DNA of 64,000 nt from Alphaproteobacteria bacterium (GTDB lineage: Bacteria; Pseudomonadota; Alphaproteobacteria; Bin95), in NCBI GenBank assembly GCA_964291285.2, contig OZ219785.1, positions 608,001-672,000 on the forward strand. Reading direction: 5' to 3'. The translations under genes and the position numbers were made by a program. How positions within the stretch are numbered: the stretch's first letter is position 1; the number at the start of each line of letters is the position of its first letter. This document shows, piece after piece, positions 1 to 10,248 of the stretch. Below the pieces are notes generated by a model, which saw only the letters and a program-made list of their open reading frames with translations, ran no database searches and was not told the DNA's origin.

Positions 1-1046
<1,046 letters not shown>

Positions 1047-1069
<23 letters not shown>

Positions 1070-1661
1070 GGACTTCGCGCGCATGACCGGTGTTTCACGT
1101 GAAACATTGGCCCGACTCGCCCGGCACCTGAAATTGCTGGCCCGCTGGCAGAAGCGCATCAATCTGGTCGGAGCGGCGACCCTCGCGGACCCCTGGCGCC
1201 GGCATGTTCTGGACAGCGCCCAGCTCGCGCCGCTCGTTCCTGCCGGCGCGCGGCTGGCGGACCTCGGCTCCGGCGCGGGCTTTCCCGGCCTGGTGCTCGC
1301 CATCATGCGCGGCGGGCCGGTCGATCTCATCGAGAGCGATGCACGCAAGGCCGCCTTTCTCACCGAGGCGGTGCGCGCGACGGGGGCCCCGGCCGCGGTG
1401 CACAACGCGCGCGCCGAGGCCCTCGCCTTCAAGGCCGATGTCGTCGCCGCGCGGGCCTGCGCGCCGCTCGACCGGCTGCTCGGCCTCGCGCTGCCGCTTC
1501 TGGCCCCGGGCGGCGTCTGCCTGTTCCTCAAGGGCGCGCGCGCCGAGGAGGAGATCGAGGCCGCCCGCGCCCGCTGGCGGATCACGGTGCGCCGCCGCCC
1601 GAGCCTGAGTGCGCCCGAGGGCGTGGTCCTCGAACTCGGAGATGTCTCCCATGCCGCCTGA
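1047..1661 (+). CDS. rsmG: 16S rRNA m7G527 methyltransferase RsmG/GidB
   Basis: VSRET N-terminus, [22 protein letters not shown]-binding motif. Confidence 0.96.
1091..1106. promoter_or_regulatory. parS centromere site (ParB binding)
   Basis: Perfect 16-bp palindrome TGTTTCACGTGAAACA matching the parS consensus, inside rsmG just upstream of parAB. Confidence 0.95.
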
Positions 1662-2442
1662 CGGCGCGCGCATCCACGCTGTCGTCAACCAGAAGGGCGG
1701 CGTCGCCAAGACGACCACCGCCGTCAATCTGGCGACGGCGCTCGCCGCCACCGGCCGCCGGGCGCTCGTGGTCGATCTCGATCCCCAGGGCAATGCCAGC
1801 ACGGGCCTCGGCATCGCTTCGGACCGGCGGCGGCTCGGCGCGTGGGATCTCATGCTGGCGGGCGCCCGCCTCGACGATGCCGCATTGGCGACAGGGCTCG
1901 CCGGTTTCGACATCGTGCCCTCCACGGAGCGGTTGTTCGGGGCGGAAATCGAACTGGCGGATACACCCCGGCGGGAGACGAGGCTGCGCGACGCGCTCGG
2001 GGGCGCGAACGGGCGCTACGACTATGTGCTGATCGACTGCCCGCCCTCGCTCGGTCTGCTCACCGTCAACGCGCTTGCCGCCGCCCGGCGGGTGCTGGTG
2101 CCGCTCCAGACCGAGTTCCTGGCGCTCGAAGGCCTCGTCCTGCTCAGGCAGACCGTCGAGGCGGTGCGCGCCGCGCTCAATCCCGGCCTTTCCTATGCGG
2201 GCATCCTGCTCACCATGTCCGACCGCCGCAACCGCCTCTCCGCCGAGGTCGAGGCCGATGTGCGCGGCCATGCCGAATTCGGCCGCCTGGTTTACGATAC
2301 CGTCATCCCGCGCAATGTGCGCGTGTCGGAGGCGCCCTCGCACGGCAAGCCGGTCATCGTTTACGATATGAGGGCCAGCGGCTCGCAGGCTTATATCCGC
2401 TTTGCAGGCGAGTTCCTGCGCCGGGAGGAGGGCGCGCCATGA
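1651..2442 (+). CDS. parA: Chromosome partitioning ATPase ParA
   Basis: NQKGGVAKTT deviant Walker A, DLDPQGNAS, IDCPPSLG, IPRNVRVSEAPSHG. Confidence 0.96.
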   Translation: MPPDGARIHAVVNQKGGVAKTTTAVNLATALAATGRRALVVDLDPQGNASTGLGIASDRRRLGAWDLMLAGARLDDAALATGLAGFDIVPSTERLFGAEIELADTPRRETRLRDALGGANGRYDYVLIDCPPSLGLLTVNALAAARRVLVPLQTEFLALEGLVLLRQTVEAVRAALNPGLSYAGILLTMSDRRNRLSAEVEADVRGHAEFGRLVYDTVIPRNVRVSEAPSHGKPVIVYDMRASGSQAYIRFAGEFLRREEGAP

Positions 2443-3290
2443 GCAGCGACAGACCGGCCCGTCTCGGCGGCGGCCTTTCGACGCTGATCCCGGACATTCC
2501 GGTTCCGGAGCGGGACCCGGCGTCCGGCGTCCGCATGGTTGCGAAGGACCAGCTGGAGCCCGGGCGCTTCCAGCCCCGGCGGCGCTTCGGCGAGGAGGCG
2601 CTCAACGCGCTGGCGGTGTCGATCCGCGAGCACGGCATCCTCCAGCCGATCCTGGCGCGGCCCATGGCGGACATGCCCGGCCGTTACGAGATCGTTGCCG
2701 GCGAGCGGCGCTGGCTGGCCGCGAGGCGGGCCGGGCTCGCGGAAGTCCCGGTGACGGTGCGCGAGTTGGACGACCGGACCGCGATGGAGGCCGCGCTCGC
2801 AGAGAACGTCCAACGCAGGAACCTCTCGCCGATCGAGGAGGCCGAAGGCTACCAGCGCCTGCTGGAGGAGTTCGGCTGCACCCAGGAGCGGCTTTCGACC
2901 GTGGTGGGGCGCAGCCGGGCGCATATCGCCAACACGCTCCGGCTGCTTATGCTGCCGGACCCCGTGCGCTATCTGGTCGATGACGGGACGCTGTCCGCCG
3001 GCCATGCCCGCGCCCTGCTCGCGGCCCCGGATCCGGCCTCGCTGGCGGACCGGGTGATCGCCCAGGGCATGAGCGTGCGCAGCGTCGAGCGCCTGGTCAG
3101 GGAGCAGCACGGCGCCCGCCGGAAAGCGGCGGCCGGGAAGGACGAGGACGCGCTGGCGCTCGAACTGGAACTGGGCGAACGGCTCGGCCTCACGGTGTCG
3201 CTGGCGCAACGGGGCGGGGGCGGCAGCCTCACCCTGCATTACCGCAGCCTGGAGCAGCTCGACGACCTGCTGGAGCGCCTGCGAAGCTAG
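2439..3290 (+). CDS. parB: Chromosome partitioning protein ParB
   Basis: FQPRRRF, GILQPIL, IVAGERRW arginine patch, ENVQR, HTH; ATGA overlap with parA. Confidence 0.96.
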   Translation: MSSDRPARLGGGLSTLIPDIPVPERDPASGVRMVAKDQLEPGRFQPRRRFGEEALNALAVSIREHGILQPILARPMADMPGRYEIVAGERRWLAARRAGLAEVPVTVRELDDRTAMEAALAENVQRRNLSPIEEAEGYQRLLEEFGCTQERLSTVVGRSRAHIANTLRLLMLPDPVRYLVDDGTLSAGHARALLAAPDPASLADRVIAQGMSVRSVERLVREQHGARRKAAAGKDEDALALELELGERLGLTVSLAQRGGGGSLTLHYRSLEQLDDLLERLRS

Positions 3291-3327
3291 CCATCTGGAA
3301 CTGAAGTAGGGTTTCACTTTATATATT

Positions 3328-3843
3328 CTCTGGACGGCGTTCGGATTGCAGCCGCATCGGGAACAGGCGTTCAAGCTCTCCGGCGGCCCGTTGTTCGTGG
3401 ACAAGGTCCGCGGCATCGTCGGGCTCTACCTCTCGCCGCCGGACCGCGCGCTGGTGCTTTGTGTCGATGAGAAGAGCCGGATCCAGGCGCTCGACCGCAC
3501 GCAGCCTGTCCTGCCGATGCTGCCGGGCACACCCGAGCGACGCACACACGACTACAAGTGCCATGGCACCACCTCGCTGTTTGCCGCCCTCGATGTCGCC
3601 ACCGGCTTCGTCATCGGCAAATGCTACCGGCGCCACCGGGCCAGGGAGTTCCTCGACTTCCTGAAGCGAATCGACCGCCGCGTTCCCGCACGCCTCGACG
3701 TCCACATCGTCATGGACAACTACGCAACCCACAAGACCGCGGCGGTCAGGGCCTGGCTGGCGCGAGGCCCCACTGGCATGTCCACTTCACGCCGACCTCC
3801 GCCTCCTGGATCAATCGGGTCGAGCGATGGTTCGCCGAACTGA
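3328..3843 (+). pseudogene. IS630 family transposase fragment (both ends missing, frameshift near 3765)
   Basis: LQPHR..FKLS, VGLYLSPP..ALVLCVDEKS, HDYK.HGTTSLFAALDV, VMDNYATHK, then HFTPTSASWINRVERWF in another frame. Confidence 0.9.
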
Positions 3844-3966
3844 TGCCGGCGGTCTCCATGTGGGACTCATGTGTTCTTCCGTCATGCCCGGAACAAGTCC
3901 GGGCATGACGGAAGAGGGCAACCGGGCGCCGGTTCCGTCATGGATTTCAGTCAATGACCGTTGGTA
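3844..3966. repeat. MITE-like element, left copy, with internal REP-type hairpin
   Basis: Imperfect terminal inverted repeats; internal hairpin CTTCCGTCATGCCCGGA-ACAAG-TCCGGGCATGACGGAAG; inverted homologue at 7526-7592. Confidence 0.75.
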
Positions 3967-4010
3967 TCAGTTCGCACTTTTGAGGTCATGCATGGTACGG
4001 TTCGGATGTG

Positions 4011-5330
4011 TCAGGTCCTCATCAGGCTTGGCAGCCAGGCAATGATCCCGGGGAAGATCATGCAAAGAGTGAGACCCAGTATCATGAGAAGGACAAACGG
4101 TGTCGTCGATTTGTAGATATCCATCATGGTCACGCCTGGTGGCACAACCGCCTTCATGTAGAACAGATTGAATCCGAAAGGTGGCGTCAGAAAGGCCAAC
4201 TCCATGTTAATCACGAACAGTATCGCAAACCAAAGTGGATCGAAGCCCAGAGAGGTAACGATCGGGAAAAAGAGGGGGGCGGTCAGCAAAACGATGCCCG
4301 CCGGATCGAAGAACATTCCCAACACGAGCAGGATGATCTGCATGGTAATGATCACCATCCATGGATCACCGATACCCGTGATCAAGTCACCTACGAGCGT
4401 AGAGGCACCGGTTACGGCGTAGAGCGCTGTGAACGCCGAGGCGGCGAATACAATCCAGATTACCATCGCGCTCAATCGCAGCGTGATGAATAGCGCCGAG
4501 GTGAAGTTTTCCCAGTTGAACGACCGCTTGATCACCGCACTGACAATCGCGCCGAGGGCGCCGATTGCCGAAGCTTCGCTGGGCGTAGCGAAGCCAAAGA
4601 ACATGGACCCCATCACCGCAAAAACCAGGCTGACGGGAAGCAACAACGCCCGCAGTAGTTTCAAACGCTCAGCCGCCGGAAGTCGATCATCCGGCGGCAC
4701 GCTCGGTCCCATGTCCTTCTGGATGTAACAGCGGATCAGGATATACCCGACAAACAATGAGCTGAGCAGCAACCCGGGAACAATGCCGGCAATGAACATC
4801 TGGCCGACCGACTGTCTCGAGGTCAGAGCGAGGATGATCATCAGCACGCTCGGTGGAATGAGGATTCCAAGTGAACCGCCTGCCGATATGCAACCGAGCG
4901 CTATGTCTTTCTTGTAGCCGCGCCTGAGCATTGAGGGCAGTGCAATCAGGCCCATCGACGTAGTGGCGGCACCGCTGATGCCGACCATCGCTGCAAACAG
5001 CGTGCAGATGAGTACTGTCCCGGCCGCAAGCCCACCGCGGAGCCCGCCCATCCAGTGGTACATCAATTCGTACATTTCTTCGGCGATGCCACATCGCTGC
5101 AGCAAGGCACCCATGAATATGAACATGGGCACGGCCACGAGCAGGAACAGGTCCATGGCCATGTATGTTCGATTTGCGAGGATCGGCAACGCGTGCGGTC
5201 CCCACAAGAAGATGATGAAGAAAGTTGCGACGCCGCCAATCGCGAACACCAGCGGCAGCCCCGAAAGCAGAAGCACAACGAGACTGCCAAACAGGATAAC
5301 TGTTAGCCACTCCGGGCCAAGGCCAAACAT
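4011..5330 (-). CDS. dctM: TRAP transporter large permease (DctM type)
   Basis: Polytopic membrane protein with GSLGILIPPS, ATPSEA and LTPPFGFNLF motifs. Confidence 0.93.
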   Translation of the reverse strand: MFGLGPEWLTVILFGSLVVLLLSGLPLVFAIGGVATFFIIFLWGPHALPILANRTYMAMDLFLLVAVPMFIFMGALLQRCGIAEEMYELMYHWMGGLRGGLAAGTVLICTLFAAMVGISGAATTSMGLIALPSMLRRGYKKDIALGCISAGGSLGILIPPSVLMIILALTSRQSVGQMFIAGIVPGLLLSSLFVGYILIRCYIQKDMGPSVPPDDRLPAAERLKLLRALLLPVSLVFAVMGSMFFGFATPSEASAIGALGAIVSAVIKRSFNWENFTSALFITLRLSAMVIWIVFAASAFTALYAVTGASTLVGDLITGIGDPWMVIITMQIILLVLGMFFDPAGIVLLTAPLFFPIVTSLGFDPLWFAILFVINMELAFLTPPFGFNLFYMKAVVPPGVTMMDIYKSTTPFVLLMILGLTLCMIFPGIIAWLPSLMRT

Positions 5331-5407
5331 GAGCTAACTCCTGCGGGGCTGTCGTCGAGACACAACGGTCGACACGTCAGTGGACATACGGAGCGAGACG
5401 GCGGGGG

Positions 5408-5941
5408 TCAGGGAACCTGCATGCGTACCGGAAAGATATCTTCGCCCTTGATGACGATCATCACGTCGCGGATCAGCTTGGCAAGAACCTGCATCAGGAA
5501 CAGCAAGCATCCCACCGGCAGCGTTGTGCGCAACGGATAATAGATGGGTTTCCAATGTGTCATCGTGGTCTCTCCAAGCCGCCAGGAATTGATGGTGATC
5601 TCCAGCGATACCCAAAACAGCACGCCCAGAAAGAGGAACGTGAAGCCGCTGGTGACGATATCGAGCATCGCACGCCCCCGAGGCGAGAGCTGACCCCAGA
5701 AGATGTCCACATTGACATGGCCGCCGGTCATGTGCGTGTAGGCCCCGCCAAGCACAATGTAGCCGCCGTACAGGAAAAGCGATATTTCATAAGCCCAAAG
5801 CGACGGCGCATTGAAGAAGTACCGCATCACGATTTCCCAGACCATGATGCAGAGCATCGGGACGATCGTGAACGCGACGACCCAGGCAAACCTCGCGTTA
5901 AGCCAGTCCGTAAAATGCAGATAGTACTGGATTGCTTTCAC
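5408..5941 (-). CDS. dctQ: TRAP transporter small permease (DctQ type)
   Basis: 4 TM helices, EIVMRYFFNAP, HVNVDIF; between dctP and dctM. Confidence 0.92.
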   Translation of the reverse strand: MKAIQYYLHFTDWLNARFAWVVAFTIVPMLCIMVWEIVMRYFFNAPSLWAYEISLFLYGGYIVLGGAYTHMTGGHVNVDIFWGQLSPRGRAMLDIVTSGFTFLFLGVLFWVSLEITINSWRLGETTMTHWKPIYYPLRTTLPVGCLLFLMQVLAKLIRDVMIVIKGEDIFPVRMQVP

Positions 5942-6215
5942 CGTCCGTTCCTATCCAGACCGGTCGCGCCAGCGAGGCACTCGGGCCACTGGCAGCCATA
6001 GTGATACCGTCAGCGCGACTTACGCCTCTTTGGCAGCGCCCGAAGCGCGCTGCCATGAATTACCCCGGCCTCGGCCGGCCCCCGAGGTCGGTGCATGCAA
6101 GGATCAAGGATGCACCGACCTTGGGAGCCTCGGGTACGACGCGTCACGGCTGGCGCATCCTGCCCTGCCCGCCGCAAGTCGCGGGGCGTTTCACGCTGGA
6201 ACCGCCAGGCAGGCC

Positions 6216-7379
6216 CTAGACAGGAAGCTGCTTCGGACCGTAGTAGTTCTTGTACAGTTCCCGAGCCGCGCTGTAGATGTCGATCATCTTGTCGATGTGG
6301 GGCATCGTACCCCGTTTGCTGATGAACTTGTCCCAGCACCAGTCGGCTGCTTCCCTCAATTCCTCGTCCGGCATGAGGATCGTTTCCACGCCGCCGTCCG
6401 CCAGTTCCTTGCGGCCGTTGGCATCCGTCGGGATGGTGAGGGCAGTGATATCGAGGTTATAGACGCGGGCAGCTGACAGTAACACTTCCTGCAAGTCCGC
6501 CGGCATCTCGTTGTAGGTCTTCAAGTTCATGATGATCTCGGTGATGTCGTACGGTGCCACCGAGGGATTGATGTAATACTTGCAGACCTCGTGCATCTTC
6601 ATACCGGCCCAGGCATCCGGCGCGCCGAACGCGGCGGCGTCGAGGATCTTGGTCTGGATGGCAGTGTAGATCTCACCGCCCGGTAACACGACGATGGACG
6701 CGCCGTTCTTGACGAGCCATTCGGCCCAGATGCCGAACGCGCGCACCTTCATGCCTTGGAAGTCGGCGTAGCTCTCGACCGGCCGCGTCGACATCATGGC
6801 GCCCCATTCGTCGGAGCAAGTGTAGGACAGGTGCATCACGTTGTGCGGCGCATAAGCCTCGCGCCAGAGCTCCTTGAGCCCCATGAACTGGTACATGGTC
6901 TCATAGAACTCAACGTTCGTGACCGGAAAAAACGGCACGGACCAGAGATACTCACCGACCGGCACGGTGCCGCGGTGGTAGATCGAGGCCGTGACGGCCA
7001 GGTCGGCCACGCCGGTGCCGACACCGTTGAAGGTTTCGCCGATGCCGAGCAGCACTTCGGCATCGAAGTTCGTCACCTCAATGCGGCCGCCGGACAATTT
7101 GTTGATGCGATCGACGAACCGACCCACGGCGCGGTCCTGCGACTCGATGCCGATACCCGTCCAGTTGCTCTGCAGCTTCAGTTTCCACGTCTTGTTCTCT
7201 GCCCTGGCGATCGCGGGCATGGCGAGCGCCGCCGCACCGGCGCCTGCGACGCCCATCGCCGTGGTCTTCAGATAGTCGCGCCGGCTCATTGCCTTCTTTG
7301 GGCCGACCGCTTCGCCAGTGGATGGCGTACTCCTGGCGTCCCCAGGCGCAGCCGGGAACTTGATCTGCTTGTCAGCCAT
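6216..7379 (-). CDS. dctP: TRAP substrate-binding protein (DctP/TakP-like) with Tat signal
   Basis: SRRDYLK twin-arginine signal, GMKVR, PGGEIYTAIQT..LDAA. Confidence 0.9.
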   Translation of the reverse strand: MADKQIKFPAAPGDARSTPSTGEAVGPKKAMSRRDYLKTTAMGVAGAGAAALAMPAIARAENKTWKLKLQSNWTGIGIESQDRAVGRFVDRINKLSGGRIEVTNFDAEVLLGIGETFNGVGTGVADLAVTASIYHRGTVPVGEYLWSVPFFPVTNVEFYETMYQFMGLKELWREAYAPHNVMHLSYTCSDEWGAMMSTRPVESYADFQGMKVRAFGIWAEWLVKNGASIVVLPGGEIYTAIQTKILDAAAFGAPDAWAGMKMHEVCKYYINPSVAPYDITEIIMNLKTYNEMPADLQEVLLSAARVYNLDITALTIPTDANGRKELADGGVETILMPDEELREAADWCWDKFISKRGTMPHIDKMIDIYSAARELYKNYYGPKQLPV

Positions 7380-7525
7380 TGCATTTCCTCCAAAAGTCTG
7401 GTTTTCCAAGCGCTTCTAGCGCCGCATTCCCAATGGTTTGCCGGTATCTGCCGGTTTGCCGTTGAGCACCGCCGTGATCGTGCATGATATTTTACAAGGG
7501 TGCAAGGCTCGTATGGCGGGTGTCG

Positions 7526-7592
7526 TACCAACGGTCATTGACTGAAACTCATGACGGAAGAAGACATGAGTCCCACATGGAGACCGCCGGTA
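7526..7592. repeat. MITE-like element, right copy (inverted, internally deleted)
   Basis: Reverse complement matches 3844-3886 joined to ~3943-3966; TA at both ends. Confidence 0.75.
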
Positions 7593-7602
7593 TAACCAAT
7601 CG

Positions 7603-7642
7603 ATTGAACTTCCGGTACTACAATTGAACTTCCGGTACTACA
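7603..7642. repeat. Exact 20-bp tandem duplication at an IS701 end
   Basis: ATTGAACTTCCGGTACTACA x2. Confidence 0.9.
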
Positions 7643-7865
7643 GTTGTGTGTTTTGTCGATATTTATAGTGGGAGACGGCGACAGAGGCTTGATGCATTCG
7701 TCGCCGGAGGGACCACTGGATGATGTCGGGCGGCCTGTTCGGTGTCTTGAAGACGAGGCGGGCGAGCAGGGTTCGGATTTCGGGAACCGGGGGAACGAGA
7801 GCGGCGAGCAGCATCAAGCGGCGGTTGGCGTTGCGGGACCCGTTTCGTTCCGCTTGCCGGCTGCA
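7623..7865 (-). mobile_element. IS701 family remnant (transposase C-terminus and end)
   Basis: Minus strand reads VPEIRTLLARLV...IIQWSLRRRMHQASVAVSHY...TQL*, ending CAACTGTAGTAC, typical of IS701 3' ends. Confidence 0.75.
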
Positions 7866-8251
7866 GCGGCGGCCACGCGGTGGAAGGCGTCTCTCCCGTC
7901 GACTCCGCGAGCCGCCAGCGCCTTGCAGATGCGATTCGCGGCGATCAGGTTGCGTTCGGTGAGATGCTGGAGCGTCAGCCGGATGTCCTCGGGGTCTTCG
8001 GCGAAAGTCCGCGTCACTGCCGCCAGGAAATCCTCGACCTCGTCCGGATAGTTGAATTTCGGCTCAAGGCCGTAGGAATCGGCGTGAGGCATTTTCCCGC
8101 CCGGCGTCGCGATCGTCACGTCGACGCCGGCCGCCCCGAGAATCTTCAACGGCTTGTATAGTTCCTCCGCCCAGAAGCCCGTTTCGTGTGGCGTGCCGTC
8201 GGCCAGCGCAATCTCGTCGGCGGTCGAAACGATCATCAGAACCCGCGGCAT
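7814..8251 (-). pseudogene. DJ-1/PfpI (type 1 glutamine amidotransferase-like) protein, C-terminally truncated by the IS701 remnant
   Basis: VLMIVS..HETGFWAEEL..AGVDVTIATPGG N-terminus; catalytic Cys region absent; reading frame runs into IS sequence. Confidence 0.75.
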
Positions 8252-8469
8252 TCCCTTCTTCTCGAAATTTCGGTCTCCGAAAAGCGTGCGCAAGCAAAAT
8301 CGAGAGTTGGCGACGAAACGGAGTTTATCGCGTCGATATCGGCAACTCTTGCCCAATTTTGTCTAAGACTTGCCCATTCCTGCAAGGCCGCTTCCGAATT
8401 CCGGCGCCCAGGCCGCCGCACGCTCACGAAAACCCGACCGAGGCCCGCCTGGCTTCGCTCGATGGCTGA

Positions 8470-8561
8470 ACCGGACAGCGATGGAACAAGTCCAGGCATG
8501 ACGGAAGCGCAGTCCGGCGCTCCGGGTCGGACCGACACGAACTTCAGAAGCAGGACACTAG
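8470..8561. repeat. REP/MITE-like remnant abutting the mlaC stop
   Basis: GGAACAAGTCCAGGCATGACGGAAG nearly identical to 3890-3914; ends CGAACTTCAGAAGCAGGACACTAG. Confidence 0.55.
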
Positions 8562-9166
8562 CCCGCGATTCTTGCGCGGAGCTTGAGCAACAGCCCGTCG
8601 AGGCCGCCGGATTCGAGCACGATCGCGGAGAACTCCTCGCGCTGGGAGATGACCATGCTCACGCCCTCGATCACGAGGTCGGTAATTGCGTAGGCGCCGT
8701 CCTTGCGGTCCACCCGCCAGTCCAGCAGGACCGGCGGGCCCTTGGTGCGGGTCGCCGTCGTGTAAACCATCGACCAGCCCTTGAAGTCGCGGACCCCGTC
8801 CACGTTGATCTGCAGACCCGCCAAGTCTTCGAACCGGTTCGCGTAGAGACCGGACAGGTAGTTTTCCAGCAGCCTCCTGAAATCCGCCCGTTGCGCGGGC
8901 TTGGCCCGGCGCCAGTGCCGCCCCAGCACCAGCTTGCCGATCTTGTCCAGATCGAAATCCCGGCTCAGCACCTCGCGGAAGCGGGCCCGCCGCTTGTCGA
9001 TCGGCGTGGCGGGGTCGGTCAGTTGCGGCAGCACATTGGCCGCGAGCTCCCGAATGAAGTCGCCGGCGCCTTCGTCGGCCGTTGCCGGGCCTGCAAAGGC
9101 AAGGACAAGGAAGGGCATGAAAAGCGCGAGGACCCACGGACGCATGGCGGAAGCTCCCGATGTCAC
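8558..9166 (-). CDS. mlaC: MlaC/Ttg2D phospholipid-binding periplasmic protein (start may be ATG at 9145)
   Basis: Signal peptide, FDLDKIGKLVLGRHWR, ITDLVIEGVSMVISQREEF. Confidence 0.92.
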   Translation of the reverse strand: MTSGASAMRPWVLALFMPFLVLAFAGPATADEGAGDFIRELAANVLPQLTDPATPIDKRRARFREVLSRDFDLDKIGKLVLGRHWRRAKPAQRADFRRLLENYLSGLYANRFEDLAGLQINVDGVRDFKGWSMVYTTATRTKGPPVLLDWRVDRKDGAYAITDLVIEGVSMVISQREEFSAIVLESGGLDGLLLKLRARIAG

Positions 9167-10062
9167 TTGGCCGGCCGGGTCCCGGCGGGCGGCTCGCCGC
9201 GGCTGAAGTCGGGCCGGGGCGGCGGATAGGCGTACTCCTCGTCCTCGTCGTCCTTCCCGCCGCGGAGATACCTCTCCTGGCCGCCATCGACCTCGAAGGC
9301 CCGGCGCTGGCGGTAGAGCGTGCGGATGAAGGCGTAGTAGTCGAGCGCGTTCGCCTTGAAATCGTCGAGCGTATCCAGATTGCGGTACCGGAAATCGATC
9401 GTCGCCATACCCGCCCGGACCAGCGGCATATGGTCGATGTCAGTCCTGCGGAAGGCGATATCGACGGGGTCGGCGATACCCTGGACAATGAGACCGGCTC
9501 CGTCGCGCAGGTTGGAAGGGCCTGCGATCGGCAACACCAGGTAAGGCCCTTCGCCGACGCCCCAGGATGCCAGCGTGCTTCCGAAATCCGTGCTGCGGTG
9601 GGGCAGGCCGTAGTCCTCGGCGACATCGATGAGGCCGGCGAACCCGATCATCGTGTTGAGGATGAAGCGCTGCGCGGTGTCGCCGGAGCGGTCCCATTCG
9701 CCCTGGGCGACATCGTTGATGAATGTGAACGGGAGCGACAGGTGGCGGATCACATTGCGCACGCCGCGCTTTGCCGGAGCGGGCATGACCTTGCCATACA
9801 TGACGGCGACGGGGCGGAAAACGATCGTGTCGAGCATCTCGTTGACGGCGAAGACCATCCGGTTCAGCGGCTCCAGCGGGTCGCTGTAGGAAATATCCAC
9901 CGGTTCCTCGCCGGCGCTCGAAGGCAGCGGCGCGGCGATGGCAAGGAGGAAAACCAGAAGGAAAGCCGGCACGGCACGGGGCAACCGGGCCACGGCAGCG
10001 GGGCGTCCGCTGGCAACCGGAGGGCAGGCTATGCAGGGTCTGCTCCCGAACCCTTCTCGCAT
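9163..10062 (-). CDS. mlaA: MlaA/VacJ family protein
   Basis: DPLEPLNR, RFILNTMIGFAGLIDVA, DFGSTLASWGVGEGPYLVLPIAGPSNLRD; start uncertain. Confidence 0.9.
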   Translation of the reverse strand: MREGFGSRPCIACPPVASGRPAAVARLPRAVPAFLLVFLLAIAAPLPSSAGEEPVDISYSDPLEPLNRMVFAVNEMLDTIVFRPVAVMYGKVMPAPAKRGVRNVIRHLSLPFTFINDVAQGEWDRSGDTAQRFILNTMIGFAGLIDVAEDYGLPHRSTDFGSTLASWGVGEGPYLVLPIAGPSNLRDGAGLIVQGIADPVDIAFRRTDIDHMPLVRAGMATIDFRYRNLDTLDDFKANALDYYAFIRTLYRQRRAFEVDGGQERYLRGGKDDEDEEYAYPPPRPDFSRGEPPAGTRPAK

Positions 10063-10248
10063 CTGCGTTTCCGCACTCTCCGGGCATGTCCCGCGAGTGG
10101 TTAGCATACAACTCCGGAACCGCAAACACACCGCCTGCGCCTGCAGGTGACAGGGCGGGCAGGCGCCCCTATAAGGAGCCGGCATCATGCCCCAGCCCGA
10201 CGCCATTTCCCTTTCGCCGACCGCCGGGCGCCGCCCGGGGCTCGTCCC

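Noticed and set aside
7603-7642. 20-bp direct repeat as a mini-CRISPR
   Set aside because: Two adjacent copies with no spacer and no cas genes; coincides with an IS701 end
10065-10245. SAM riboswitch before metF
   Set aside because: No recognisable SAM-II or SAM/SAH consensus by eye
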